A DNA stretch of 63,273 bases, the filler included. It is 10 parts of 10 records of this genome, joined end to end, with 100 filler letters (N's around TTAATTAATTAA, not from the genome) between each part and the next. Parts side by side here need not be neighbours in the genome. Positions count along the whole stretch, not along the records: positions 22,418 to 27,174 come from SRR7504441_3458; positions 27,275 to 33,448 come from SRR7504441_3459; positions 33,549 to 37,272 come from SRR7504441_3460; 7 more parts are not named here. One strand, written 5' to 3'. The first letter of the stretch is position 1; each line of letters begins with the position of its first letter. The notes under the pieces are model-generated. The model did no database searches, was not told the origin of the DNA, and worked only from the letters and a program-made list of their open reading frames with translations. The position numbers and the translations under genes were made by a program. Shown one piece after another: positions 22,525 to 33,643 of the stretch.

Positions 22525-22638
22525 ATCTGTTACACTGCTACAGCTCCTACTCGTATGCAGCTCTCCCGACTGAAACGCTAGTTCGCTAGATGCGTCATGC
22601 GCGTAAGAATGAATCAATGGCTACACTCTAATGTGGCC

Positions 22639-22658
22639 CTATTTAGATACTATTTAGA
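22639..22658. repeat. X9-TA-X9 scar
   Basis: ctatttaga-TA-ctatttaga between the convergent ankyrin and NRPS genes. Confidence 0.9.
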
Positions 22659-22749
22659 CCTGACCGGTCTCCTCAATAGATTGAATCAAATTAATCAATT
22701 GCACATCTATGTCCAGATATACTTCTATCTGTCACTCTAGTCCGTTGGC

Positions 22750-25700
22750 TCACTCAAGTATGCGCCTGATGATAGCCTCGACGAGCGGAGCGCCCTCGTG
22801 CTCATCAGTTAGCATGGTATAGTGATTTCCCGGCATCATCTCTACTTCTATCCCCGGTGCAAGTAGACTCCACCCCAAGCACCCGAGCCCCGCGTGGCTG
22901 TAGACCGACTCAAACCCCTCAACCGCCGGCTCGGTCGCCCGCAGCAGCACTGGCTTGAAGCACGCGTCCTCCGGGAGCGGCTCAGGCGCATAGCCCATCA
23001 ACGTCTGGGCGTTCACTGAATAGCTGCTGTAGATCTGACTCAGTTCACTCGCCCGCATTCCGCTCGGACAGCTCCCGTTCACCTGCACGTGCCGCAGGCT
23101 GCACTCTATTACCGCCTCCGGCTCATCGCTGGGCCAGCTCGCTCGAGACAGCACCGGCGCCGCGAACCGTGCACAAAGGTCTCGGACGAACCCTTGGAGC
23201 AGCTCTTCCGGCCCGGCCGACCGAGCGAAGAGCGCGGCGAACGTGTCGAGCATGATCACAGCTCCGAGCTCGCTGGGACTCGACAGCCGTCCGATCTCGT
23301 AGCACAGGTGCCCCCCAAACGACCAGCCAACCAAGTGGAGCGGACCTGCCGGCTGCACCAGCCGGGCCTGCGCCTTGTACGTCTGAGCAAGCTCTTGCAT
23401 GCTCGGAGGGCCGGCGCCCGGGCTGTGATTGGACTGCAACCCGAGCAGTCTAAAGTTGAGGTGTGTGGAGCCCCGCAGCCGGGCCGCCAGCCGGTTAAAG
23501 CTGGTCACTTCGCCACCAATCCCGTGGATCATAAACAAGTTGGTGGCCGGCCCTCCCGTCGAGCCGGTCGGGAATCGCACGATGTTCGGAGTCAAGTCAG
23601 CCGCGCTCGCCTGCCCGATCAAGCCGGCCATCTGCCGGGGTGTGCTCCGCTCGAGCAGCGCTGACACGCGCAGCTCGAGCCCGAACCGCTTGTTGATCAG
23701 ATTAGTGAGCCGAATCGCCGCCACCGAGTTGAGTCCGTACGCCCACACATCGCCGTCGATCGGGACTGGCCTGTTGAGCTGTTGGCTGACCAAGCTCCGC
23801 ATCTGCTCCTCGTGCGCGCTCAGCCGCGCCGCAGACTCCTCCGGCTCGGGCACAGCTGGCGGTGCTAGTTGGCTCCTGTCCAGCTTGCCGTTGGCGCTCC
23901 TCGGGAGCTCTGCGATCAGGAGCACCGCCGAAGGGATCATATATGCCGGCAGTGCCGCTTCGCACGCCGCCTGCACCGAGCTGCACACGAGGTCCGGTAT
24001 GCTGGCCGGCTCTGGCACACAGTAGCACACGAGCACGCCATCCAGCACTGCGGCTACCGCCCTGCGGACCAGCTGGCAGCGGGCCGCGCATAGCTCGACC
24101 TCGGCGAGCTCCACCCGAAACCCGTGCAGCTTCACCTGGGTGTCCAGCCGGCCAAGGAACTCGATCTGGCCGTTTGATCGCCACCGGCCCAGGTCGCCTG
24201 TCAGGTAAGATCGCTCGCTCGAGTCTGGGAGTGTCACAAAGCGCGAGGCGGTCTCCGCTGGGCTGCCCCAGTAGCCACGTGCAACGCCGACTCCGCCGAT
24301 GGCGATCTGGCCGGGCACGCACAGTGGGCTGGGCCTGGTGCTGTCATCAAAGACATACATTGCTTGATTGGCCATGGCGCGGCCGTACGGGACAGTTGGC
24401 CAGCTCGGGAGCTCGGCAGGGTCGCCGATCTCGTATATAACGGACCAGATCGAGCCCTCAGTGGCGCCTCCCATCGAGACCAGCCTGAGCCCGGGCAGCT
24501 GGATGGCTAGCTGCCCCGGGAGCTCTAGTGGTATATAGTCCCCCGACATCATCATCACCCGCAGGCTGCCCAGCTCCCACCGCCCGCCCGCACCCAGCTG
24601 ATCGCTCAACATCACCCCAAACTGCGGCACAGAGTTCCAGTGGGTCACCCTATACTCGGCCACCAGCTCCGCCAGCACAGCCGGGTCGCGTGTGCAGCCA
24701 TGCGCTGGGAGCACCAGCGTGCCCCCTGCAGCGAGCGTCCCAAACACGTCCCACACAGACAGGTCGAAGGTGAGCTCCGATATCCCGAGCACCACCGACT
24801 CACCCGAGAGCCCGAACCTGTGGTTGCAGTCGAGGATCGTGTTGAGCGGCCCAGTGTGCCCGAGCATCACGCCCTTGGGCTGGCCGGTCGACCCCGAAGT
24901 GAAGATCACATACGCCAGGTCCGCGCTGCCTGGAGCGCGCCCAGGGTTGAACTCGACCGGTGGCCAGCTTTCGCCCTTGAGCGTAACCGGGAGCACACTG
25001 AGCGCTTCGGGCCATCTCAGCTGGCGCAGGAGGTCGGGTTGGGTGAGCGCCACGCTGCACCGGCCAAGGTCGATCACCCGCGCTATCCGAGCCATCGGGT
25101 ACGCGCCGCTGACCGGCAGGTAGGCGCACCCGGCAAGCAGCACACCCACGGCCGCTGCGGCCTGCTCCCAGCCTTTCAGCATCACAATGGCTACGAGTGT
25201 GTTGTCCTCGCACCGGGCTGACTCGGCCCAGCGCCCACTGGCCTGCAGCGCCCGCCCGAGCTCGCTTGCCACCCTTGCAGAGACCTGCCCTAGCTGGGCA
25301 TACGTGAGCGACACCTCTGAGCAGACGACGCCCCGCTCAGGCGAAGTGCATCCGCTCACCAGCGCGAGCCGGTCTGGATGGCAGTGCATGGACCGGACTG
25401 CGGGCTCGACGAGCCATTCGGAGGGCACGGGCATGTGCGGGACTGGGTCGGCCGGACAGAACCCAGAGCGGGTGTCCACTGTCGATGACCACTTGCCAGG
25501 GAGGCCGATTAGGTCGCTCAGGCAGGCAACATGCGATTCCAAGATCTGCTCGGCCACTGCGCTCTCGACCAGGCTAGCCACTGCGTACGATACTTCCAGG
25601 TCGGAGCAGAACGCGTCCAAGAGCACGTGAGTCAGTTGGCCATCGTGGTGTCGTTCGTTCACCCCAGACGAGTCGAGGCCCTGGTCCGCACTGGTCGTGT

Positions 25701-27174
25701 GCTGCTCGAGCACACCCGGGCTCTGGATCCCGAGGACAAAGCTGCTGCTCCGGTGCTGCCTCATCCGGCGGACTAGCAGCAGGGGGTCGAAGTGCAGGTG
25801 CTGCAGGTCTTGAAAGAGCTGGCGCTGGACTCGTTCCAGGAAGCTCTGCCAGCTGTCTGAGGGAAGCAACTCGATCTCTAGGATGATCTCAGTCCGGGCG
25901 TCCAGCTCAGCTGCATGGCCGGGGGCGCACATCGAGAGCATCCCGATGCAGAAATGGTTTGATCCGCAGAAGGCGGCGATCACGGCGGCCAAGGTTCCCA
26001 CAAACAGGACACTCGGGCTGAGGCTGTGTGCCTGGGCAGTCTGTCGAATGTCTGCAATCGGTGGGCCGGCCTGGTGAATCGTCCGAACTCGATACTGCTC
26101 GTCGGTGCTTGTCAGCGGGATCACTGCAGGTTCGGGCAGGGAATGCAGCCGAGACATCCAGTATGCTTCGGATTTGATGTACTGGGCAGTGCCCTTGAGC
26201 ATCGACTTGTAGAGCGCATATTCAGCGGGGCTGACTGTGGCATGCGACTGAATGGCCTTTGGCCTACTTGTTGCAGTAGCTACCATGATATCGGCGAACA
26301 GTGGACGCGTCAGCGTTGGGGAAGCGAAAGCGTGTGGCAAGTTTACAGACACCACTGCTCTCCCTTTCGATTCATCCAAAAGGTGGACAGTGAGCAGGAA
26401 GGCGGGGAACGGCCTGCCCACGATTCGGGCCTCCATGCTTGCTTGCCTGAATTCAGTCCAGTGGGCTGCTTGCTCGCATTCGCTCTTCGACCTAAGGTCG
26501 ATCACGTTAGGCTGGAAGCTCTGTACGGTGCTCGAGGATGCTGGCAGTGTGCACCACATCCAGGTGTCCTCTGGCGCTTGTGTGAGGAACGTGCGCAGTG
26601 CAGGATATTCGGAAAGGGCCTGATGGAGCACGCTGTTGAACATGGACAGCTCGAAACCGTGGCTGAACTCGTACTCCATGTAATTGTGTGCACACAAGCC
26701 ATCCCAGCCAGTGATTGAGAACTCTCCAAGCACATACGAAAGCTGTGTTGGGCTGAGGGGCCAGCAGAGCTCGTTGGCGCACCCAACCATGTGTAGCAAC
26801 TCAGGCTCAGGCTTTCCGACTGACTTCTCTACAGGCATCTTGGCTTGACTGCTAGCCTGCCCTTCTCTTGCATCTGCTACGAGCTTGCCTAGCCCAGCAA
26901 CAGTGGCGTGCTGAAGCACAGCTGCCGCGGAGGGAACCCCGGACACACCGCTCCGAATCAACTCTCGGTGCAGGACCGCAGCCTGGAGGGAACTGAGCCC
27001 GAGCTGGATCAAACTGCGGTCGGGGTGCAGCTCGGAGGCTGGTAGCATGAGAACGCGTGCACAGACCTCTGCCACCATCGCCTCTGAGGAGGTGTGTGCC
27101 AGAGTGGCGTCGCCGTTTGCGCTACTTGACAATGATTTGAGGGGCTCGGGCAGTGCCTTCCGGTCCACCTTGCC
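22750..27174 (-). CDS. Nonribosomal peptide synthetase, 5'-truncated: [A]-PCP-Cy-A(Cys)-PCP-TE
   Basis: KVDRKALP (A10 of upstream A domain); LGLSSL (PCP); WPLSPTQLSY..CAHNYMEY and AYWMSRLHSLP (Cy); YVIFTSGSTGQPKG, FDLSVWD, YLTGDLG, NGKLDR (A); YGLNSV (PCP); GWSFGG..NHYTML (TE). Confidence 0.93.
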   Translation of the reverse strand, partial: GKVDRKALPEPLKSLSSSANGDATLAHTSSEAMVAEVCARVLMLPASELHPDRSLIQLGLSSLQAAVLHRELIRSGVSGVPSAAAVLQHATVAGLGKLVADAREGQASSQAKMPVEKSVGKPEPELLHMVGCANELCWPLSPTQLSYVLGEFSITGWDGLCAHNYMEYEFSHGFELSMFNSVLHQALSEYPALRTFLTQAPEDTWMWCTLPASSSTVQSFQPNVIDLRSKSECEQAAHWTEFRQASMEARIVGRPFPAFLLTVHLLDESKGRAVVSVNLPHAFASPTLTRPLFADIMVATATSRPKAIQSHATVSPAEYALYKSMLKGTAQYIKSEAYWMSRLHSLPEPAVIPLTSTDEQYRVRTIHQAGPPIADIRQTAQAHSLSPSVLFVGTLAAVIAAFCGSNHFCIGMLSMCAPGHAAELDARTEIILEIELLPSDSWQSFLERVQRQLFQDLQHLHFDPLLLVRRMRQHRSSSFVLGIQSPGVLEQHTTSADQGLDSSGVNERHHDGQLTHVLLDAFCSDLEVSYAVASLVESAVAEQILESHVACLSDLIGLPGKWSSTVDTRSGFCPADPVPHMPVPSEWLVEPAVRSMHCHPDRLALVSGCTSPERGVVCSEVSLTYAQLGQVSARVASELGRALQASGRWAESARCEDNTLVAIVMLKGWEQAAAAVGVLLAGCAYLPVSGAYPMARIARVIDLGRCSVALTQPDLLRQLRWPEALSVLPVTLKGESWPPVEFNPGRAPGSADLAYVIFTSGSTGQPKGVMLGHTGPLNTILDCNHRFGLSGESVVLGISELTFDLSVWDVFGTLAAGGTLVLPAHGCTRDPAVLAELVAEYRVTHWNSVPQFGVMLSDQLGAGGRWELGSLRVMMMSGDYIPLELPGQLAIQLPGLRLVSMGGATEGSIWSVIYEIGDPAELPSWPTVPYGRAMANQAMYVFDDSTRPSPLCVPGQIAIGGVGVARGYWGSPAETASRFVTLPDSSERSYLTGDLGRWRSNGQIEFLGRLDTQVKLHGFRVELAEVELCAARCQLVRRAVAAVLDGVLVCYCVPEPASIPDLVCSSVQAACEAALPAYMIPSAVLLIAELPRSANGKLDRSQLAPPAVPEPEESAARLSAHEEQMRSLVSQQLNRPVPIDGDVWAYGLNSVAAIRLTNLINKRFGLELRVSALLERSTPRQMAGLIGQASAADLTPNIVRFPTGSTGGPATNLFMIHGIGGEVTSFNRLAARLRGSTHLNFRLLGLQSNHSPGAGPPSMQELAQTYKAQARLVQPAGPLHLVGWSFGGHLCYEIGRLSSPSELGAVIMLDTFAALFARSAGPEELLQGFVRDLCARFAAPVLSRASWPSDEPEAVIECSLRHVQVNGSCPSGMRASELSQIYSSYSVNAQTLMGYAPEPLPEDACFKPVLLRATEPAVEGFESVYSHAGLGCLGWSLLAPGIEVEMMPGNHYTMLTDEHEGAPLVEAIIRRILE

Positions 27175-27952
27175 NNNNNNNNNNNNNNNNNNNNNNNNNN
27201 NNNNNNNNNNNNNNNNNNTTAATTAATTAANNNNNNNNNNNNNNNNNNNNNNNNNNNNNNNNNNNNNNNNNNNNCATTGGGCTGCGAGCACAGGGTGAGC
27301 CGAGGGGAAGGGGCCGGTCAGAGGGGGGGTCGGCTCGACTGGCAGGCAGGAGGGGGTGTTCTTACCGTGGCCTCACGGTCTCAGCATCTCCTCCTCTTTA
27401 TGAAATGGCGCCCGCTATCCTGGCGATGAGTCTGTCTGTCAGTCTGTCCCTACAGACTTCGTAACCGACGCAGTAACAGACGCATGTCTACGTGTACACG
27501 TAGCAACGGCACATTGATTCGTCCGGTGTGACGGCTAATTGTAGCTAAGTGAAATTGATTGCGTCTACGCCGCTACGCTCAAGGAATGTGAAAGTGAAAT
27601 TGCGTCTGTAGCCGTACTTCTCCTTCGGTGGGACCAAGTGATTGGTACCCATATCTTCCGCATATTGGCGCTTGGCCACCCCGGCACCCTCCGATCCGTA
27701 ACTCTCCGCCCGCCGATCGCGATACCGGTTTGCCGCATGTAGCTGCGCAGCTGCGCATGCATCTCTACAACGAGGTCTCCCGCCTAATCGGACATTAGTG
27801 TGGCGTGCCGACATGACGCCAACGCTCGTCCATTACGAATTCGAGGCGGCAACGCGTGACTTGTCCCTCTTGCAGCAGTTGCGGGCTGTTGTACATGTTG
27901 GCCTTTATGAATGATCGATTTTTTTTTTCAGTCGGTTGCGGATTCGCCACAC

Positions 27953-28811
27953 ATGGCGGCAATGGACGTCTCAGGGCTGTCCATGTATAGCGTGGACGCA
28001 GATGCGGACTTCGGCGACTTCAAAGTACGCCACTAGGGTGCTGGCGAGGTCGAGCTGGCATACAGGTGATCACCGCGCGGGGTGTTCGGTACCGGGAGGG
28101 CCCGAGCTATGACGCAGTAGCTCAGGGAGTCGGCCCATCACTGGGGGAGATCGTTCACGGCCGACTGGTCCAAGGAGAGGATGCGGACGAGCGGCAGTAC
28201 CTCCAGTCGGACAAGAATCAGCTGTACCTCCCCTGTGTGAGTGAGGACATGGTGAGGCCCTCCCTTGCATTCGCATCGCTTGTGTGTCCCGTAGCCCGGC
28301 CCGCAGTCCCGGAGCGGCTCGGCGTCCGGAGCATCTGGCCGGCACCGGGGTAGTAAGCCGTGTGGCCAGATGTGCGAGCTACTCGTGAACATCGATGAAC
28401 CGACTGAGACATACGAGGTAGGCGGCTGGCGGGGCACTAGCGCCAGCGGCGGCAGGTTCTGGTGCCCAACGGGGTGGGCTGGCGGAGCCTTCCAGTATTC
28501 GATTCGACGGTGCCGGGTACGGGACCAGCATGCGGCACAAAGATTAGGTGTCTGGCCTGAATCAATTGAATTAATTAGTCCGTGCGTGCTGTGCTCATGA
28601 GTTGCTCATCAGGGGGAAGATTGTATGGGGAGGAGTGGACGGGCTCAAGTATCTGCACGTGCACGAGACAGGAATGTACATCCCTCTGACCAGCAAAGAC
28701 AAGTCTGTCAAAGTGCTATCTCTGGTGGACGGGGTGGACATAGGCGTTTCCCCACAAAAAGCTGCGCCGGCGCCTGATCAGATCTGGGGAAGTCCTTCAC
28801 CGAGTCCTTAA
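27953..28811 (+). CDS. Hypothetical multi-exon protein with repeated small beta domain
   Basis: Exons joined by ~40-nt introns; similar segments IVHG..QYLQ..LYLP and IVWG..KYLH..MYIP. Confidence 0.5.
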
Positions 28812-29149
28812 GTCGCATTCGGCGGCTTAACTCCGCTTCAACTGCAAACATGGATTCATCGGTGCGAGCGAAAAAGGGTACACGGTTCAGCTCATGAATT
28901 AAGCCTCGATACTTTAGGATGTGTCCCCTGGCATTCACGAAATTGTGGAGTGTTTTTAGTGACATACAAGATAGAAGTAAATATAAATTAGATTTAACCT
29001 CTATAGGCACATTGGCGCGCACGTGCCGGGGATCTAGCCGTGCATATGGAGGTTGAGCTATGCCTCTCGTTGCCTCTCGCTGACGGCAACAGTGCAAGAA
29101 GGGTTGGTCGGCTATGCTTCGTTGAGCTATGAACGGAACCCCACTGTTT

Positions 29150-30140
29150 GTGCAGAGTTCTGCAAGCAGAGCTGGCCGGCGCTCGCAAACGCCAGCTGCA
29201 CCGCGAGTGCTGTGCAACCATTCTGTGGACCCTGCACGCTGGCGCTCCACCGACCCTCTCACAACCAAGGCATGCCTTTCACATGCTCAAACTTGGCGCC
29301 TAGTGTGTCGTGCACCGCCCTTGCGTACAGGGCATGGCAGCAACCCGGAGGCAGGCAAGCGTAGTAGGGGATGTCGGGCTTTGACCAGCAGCAGGACACG
29401 AGCGGGAAGCAGTTGTACCTCTTTCCCACATGGTACCCTGTGCCCGAGGGATTCTGCCCTATAGAGGCGGTGTAGAGGCATCCGGTCACTCCGCAGGAGA
29501 GTAAGCAAGCGAGGTACTCCCTCCCGGACAGCTCCTGCCCGCCTTCGCGCGACTGCTGCATATCCTCGCCAATCGCGTGCCGTTAGTTTCCGAGATGGAC
29601 TCGGGGACCCCGAGGGCGTACGATTCGGGAGGCCAGCTGCGCGTGCTGTGCCGGGTGCTGGAACTGCTCACCATGCAGGTCAGGGACAGGATGGGAATGC
29701 TAGCCTCCAACGCCCAGGTGCCAAGCCATCGGGTGGCCGGGCCGAGCCAGCGCAGCACCAGATCCCGCTGGCATATTTTCATATCGTGAGCCTGGCTATG
29801 AGCATGTTTTGCCTCTCTTATGGTGCACCTGCCTGATTGGCACGGCTATTGACGGTGATTGGATGCAGCGTATGCTGCGGTGCACATGGACACGGACCTG
29901 TCGTGGGTTCCAGTGCTGGTGTACACAATTGTCATAATCGGGACCGAGGAGGTGGCGCAGTGCCTGTCTGATCCGTTCGGAAGCGACATGACCGACTTGC
30001 CTATCTATAGCTATTGGAAGCAGACTAAGACCGCGGTAGACGCTCTATCTGTGCCCAAGGAGAGTCTAGAATCGGTCGTAGAGATGGAGAGCAATAATCA
30101 GCTCGCTAGTGAGGCCGATGCTTTGCTTATAGGTCAATGA
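29150..30140 (+). CDS. Bestrophin/UPF0187-like channel, 3' exons (5' end unresolved)
   Basis: MGML..QIPLAYFHIV and GTEEVAQCLSDPFGSDMTDLP motifs. Confidence 0.7.
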
Positions 30141-30221
30141 TCTTAGCTAAAGCTATGTGTCAAAGATGTGGAATGCAGGTTGTTAGGGCATCGATAACGG
30201 CAATCTGGCCAGGTGAACGCG

Positions 30222-30800
30222 ATGGGAGGGAGTTGTGCCTCGCGGGAGGCGACCGAGCTGGCAGGCAGCGTCAGCGCTGCGGGGAACGGGGGGCAGTGGT
30301 GCTGTGCACGGAATCCGCGCCACCAGCGGGACCAGAACATGGAGAGGATGGTTCGCGTGGTCCTGCTGGCTCCCGAGGGCGAGCCTGCGAGTAACCGGGC
30401 CCGACTGGCATGCCGGAACAGCTACTCGAGCTTGATGTCGGTCTCGCCGGATCACCGGCACCTAGACCGCGAGTACACTGGCCGCTGGCACAAGGTTGGG
30501 TCGACGTACTGGTTGATACTCGCTCATAAGGTGGACTACGCTGCGTGCTCCGGCAAACCGGGGGAGCTCACAGCACTCGCCCAGGCTTGTCTGGTCAAAC
30601 TAGAGACCCGGGACCACAAGCTGCGGATAGACCTAGCGCCCAGTCTTCCAGAGGGGGAGCCGGCGTTTGCTGTGGATCCTGGGCCGTTTGACAACGAGGT
30701 TCTGCGCACAGACTTAGGAGAAGCTGCGAGAGAATACGATGCGAACGACAAGCCCATCCCCTTTGCGCTTCCAATGGACTTAGAGAGAGAAGCCGTGTAG
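30222..30800 (+). CDS. Hypothetical N-myristoylated protein
   Basis: MGGSCAS start; ORF ends at an AT-rich region; TAACGG just upstream. Confidence 0.5.
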   Translation: MGGSCASREATELAGSVSAAGNGGQWCCARNPRHQRDQNMERMVRVVLLAPEGEPASNRARLACRNSYSSLMSVSPDHRHLDREYTGRWHKVGSTYWLILAHKVDYAACSGKPGELTALAQACLVKLETRDHKLRIDLAPSLPEGEPAFAVDPGPFDNEVLRTDLGEAAREYDANDKPIPFALPMDLEREAV

Positions 30801-30840
30801 CGCTTTCAACGGTGCAGTCATTCCTATTAAAATTATTTAC

Positions 30841-32047
30841 CTAGTGCCGCACCCGCTTAGCCACAACTTTCATTGCCTCCTGCATGTACATACGAAGTGT
30901 CAACGGTCACACACAACTATAGCGCACACACCCGGCGGAGCGCTTGCTCGAGAGTGGCGCTGTTTCGGACCACAAGCTGGTCGCTCGCGTCCAGATCATC
31001 CATCACGTCTTCAATCATGGCCTGCAGCAGCATCCGACAGCGTGGCTTATCCTGCTCAGCACCGCGTCAGCAACTACTCGACAAGGCCGCCACTACCTGA
31101 GGCTCCACCCGGCCCATCTTGGACATCACCGCATCCACCCGCTGCGGGGTCACCCGCGCAAGCACCTCATACTCGGCCAGCTGTTCTCGGTCTGGCTGCC
31201 ACTGGGTGCGCCCGCCGGCTCTCACCTCCCGCCAGTTGGCACTCTGGTACCTCGTCTCACTGAACTGCTCTATCTTGCGCTTAAACATCGCCCGCGAACT
31301 GACACTCCGCACCACCACTCCCTCGGCGAGATTGGGCCCATCCAGCAGCGGCAGCCCGAGCCGCGCAGGGACGGTAGAGTCGAACTCGCATCCATGCTCG
31401 AGGCAGGCAGCTAGGGAGCCACGACAGAGCGGCTCCACAAACAGCAGCCCGGCCGCAGCGCACAGATCGCGGGCCTGGTCGAACTGCAGGTACCGCCTGC
31501 TGTCCGGAGGCCCGATGCACAGGTCGAAGCCGATGAACTCGATCCGAGGCGCGTACCATACCCCGCGCTGCACTGGGGACAGGCCGGGCTCCACCGGCAC
31601 CTCGGGATGTGGGTACCCCCCTCCGAAAAGCTCGCCGTACACTGTCACGGCCTGCTCCCCCGGCAACTTCTCCAGCAGCCCCCGGCCAGCCCGCTCAAGC
31701 CGGTCGGCCAGGCCGGCAGATCGGAACGAGTAGAAATCGTCGGTGGGGTCGAGCAGCCGGGTGCGGCACCCAAATCCGACTTCCCAGCGAGTAGCGATCA
31801 GGCAGAAGTTGGCCCCGTGCACTTTCTCCGTCACGACCCAGCTCCCGCCGGCCGGGCCTGCCGACTGCGGGATCTTTTCATACTTGCGGAACAGCCCAGC
31901 AAGGCCGGCCGGCTGGGCGTCCTCGAGGTGCTCACGGACACAACTGCGGAGCCGCCGGCGGCTGGCGGCCAGCAGCACCAGTTCAGCCCGCCCGCAGTGC
32001 CCCAGGATCCGAGACAGCACAGGTTCCGGGAGCTGACCAAGCCGCAT
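30841..32047 (-). CDS. Rnl2-family RNA ligase with N-terminal F-box-like motif
   Basis: LGQLPEPVLSRIL (F-box); FRKYEKI, EKVHGANF (motif I), YGELFGG, FIGFDL, AEGVVV, FKRK. Two 3' introns give the VMSKMG..MIEDVMDD C-domain. Confidence 0.88.
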
Positions 32048-32153
32048 GTTCCGTAATTTCCGTTACTCTGCAGCTGCAGCGACCCGTGGTCGCTCGTTGG
32101 CAAGTGTGCACGCACCGCACAGCGCCCCGCAGCCCTCTCGCGGCAACAGGGAG

Positions 32154-32487
32154 ATGGACGGGGGTAGCACTACCACAGCCAACACAGCTAGCACGCCCGG
32201 CAAGGGGTGCGGACCCAAGCTGGGCAAATCGGGCAAGAAGATCTGCTGCTCCTGCCCCGAGGTGCGGCCCGGCGCGGAGGACGCTCACCTGGTCTCGCAG
32301 ACCCGCAAGGCACGCGACGAGTGCCTGGTTCGGAACGGGGAGGACGGGTGTCAGGCTGGCAGGTCCCGCGGGCCCGGCTGAGCCGGACGGCAGGCTTTCA
32401 TAGAGGCGCACAAGGCTTGCCTGCGGCTGGAGGGCTTCGACGTGCCGACCGCTGGCTCGGCTCGGCCGACCTCGGGGGCAGGTGTAG
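32154..32487 (+). CDS. COX17: Cytochrome c oxidase copper chaperone
   Basis: KICCSCPE|TRKARDEC..CQ|AFIEAHKACLRLEGFD|V* after three 39-40 nt introns (one GC-AG). Confidence 0.93.
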
Positions 32488-32632
32488 TGGGCCGTCGGGC
32501 GGCAGCCCGCGTGGCTCGCCGCTGTGCACACCGATAGCACGCACTAGGACGAGCGGTGTGCGACTAATACATGTGATTGTCACCCGATATACTCAACTAT
32601 GCGTACTTACACTAGCTGTACTAGTACTGCAT

Positions 32633-33448
32633 TCAGCCGGGGTCGCGCCTATCTACAGTCGCCGCTGGCTTGGCGCTACTGATCGACTGCTTAAACATCG
32701 CCCTAATCGATCCTTGGCGCGGCTTGCGCTTGGCTGCTCGTTCACTTCCCGATGGGCCTGACCTTTTGGCTCGGGCACACCCCTCCAAGACCTGCATCCG
32801 GCTTAGGCTGTGTGTATACTCGCGCGCACCTCCTGCTGCAGCTCCGGCGGGAGCGCTGCCAGGAACTCCGGGTCCACGGCTGGGCGAGTCGAGCTGCTCC
32901 GCTGGCCTGCCGGCTCTCCTGTCTGGAAGAAACTATCTATCGCCCTCGTTTCGCTCGGTGGTGGCTCGGCGACCGGGCGGCTGGGCAGCCAGGCCGCGTT
33001 CAGGCAGAGGTCGATGTGCGCGTTCAGCTCGAGGTTTGACAGCTTGAGGGCCTGGCCGCATATGGGGCACCGAGTCTCCTCCAGGGAGCCGTTCAGCTCC
33101 TCGGCTGCAGACTGGTCGGGCTGGCTCATCGCTTGAGAGAGGTCATACGCGAGCATCTCCTCCGTGCAGCCTTGCTCCTCCAGCCCGACCTCCACCTCCT
33201 CCTCCGGCTGCGCGGCCGGCTTAAAGAATCGGTCTATCGTGCCCGACTGCTGCACCCAGCGAAACACTGACAGCCTGATCCCCATGAGCCTCAGCTCGAC
33301 TTTCTCATGCGCCAGCTCCAGCCCGAGCAGCTTCCGTGCTGCGGCTCCGATCGACTCGGCGTCCGAGATAAACCTCGGGAGCGTGGCGCACCGAGTGAGC
33401 ACCCGGAAGCTGCGGCAGAACAGTCAGGACAGCCTCGGCCGGGCTGCA
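32633..33448 (-). CDS. POLK: Y-family DNA polymerase kappa-like, 3' part
   Basis: Little finger LRLMGIRLS; UBZ CPIC..LNAHIDLCL; UBM VDPEFLAALPPELQQEV; PIP-like QGSIRAMF. Confidence 0.8.
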
Positions 33449-33643
33449 NNNNNNNNNNNNNNNNNNNNNNNNNNNNNNNNNNNNNNNNNNNNTTAATTAA
33501 TTAANNNNNNNNNNNNNNNNNNNNNNNNNNNNNNNNNNNNNNNNNNNNGCCCGCCATAGCTCTCGGTCCTCCGCAGCCTCCACAAAGCTCTTCCACTGAC
33601 GAAAGTACTCATAAATACTTGTAATTATGACTACCTGTAATCG

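Noticed and set aside
27545-27814. 89-aa minus-strand ORF
   Set aside because: No recognisable motif; coding status unsupported.
28708-29268. 186-aa minus-strand ORF
   Set aside because: Overlaps plus-strand gene models, crosses AT-rich intergenic-like DNA and has no motif.
29679-29761. Apparent back-to-back introns (recursive splicing) in the bestrophin gene
   Set aside because: The first 39 nt translate as VRDRMGMLASNAQ, which fits the family upstream of IPLAY; one 44-nt intron suffices.
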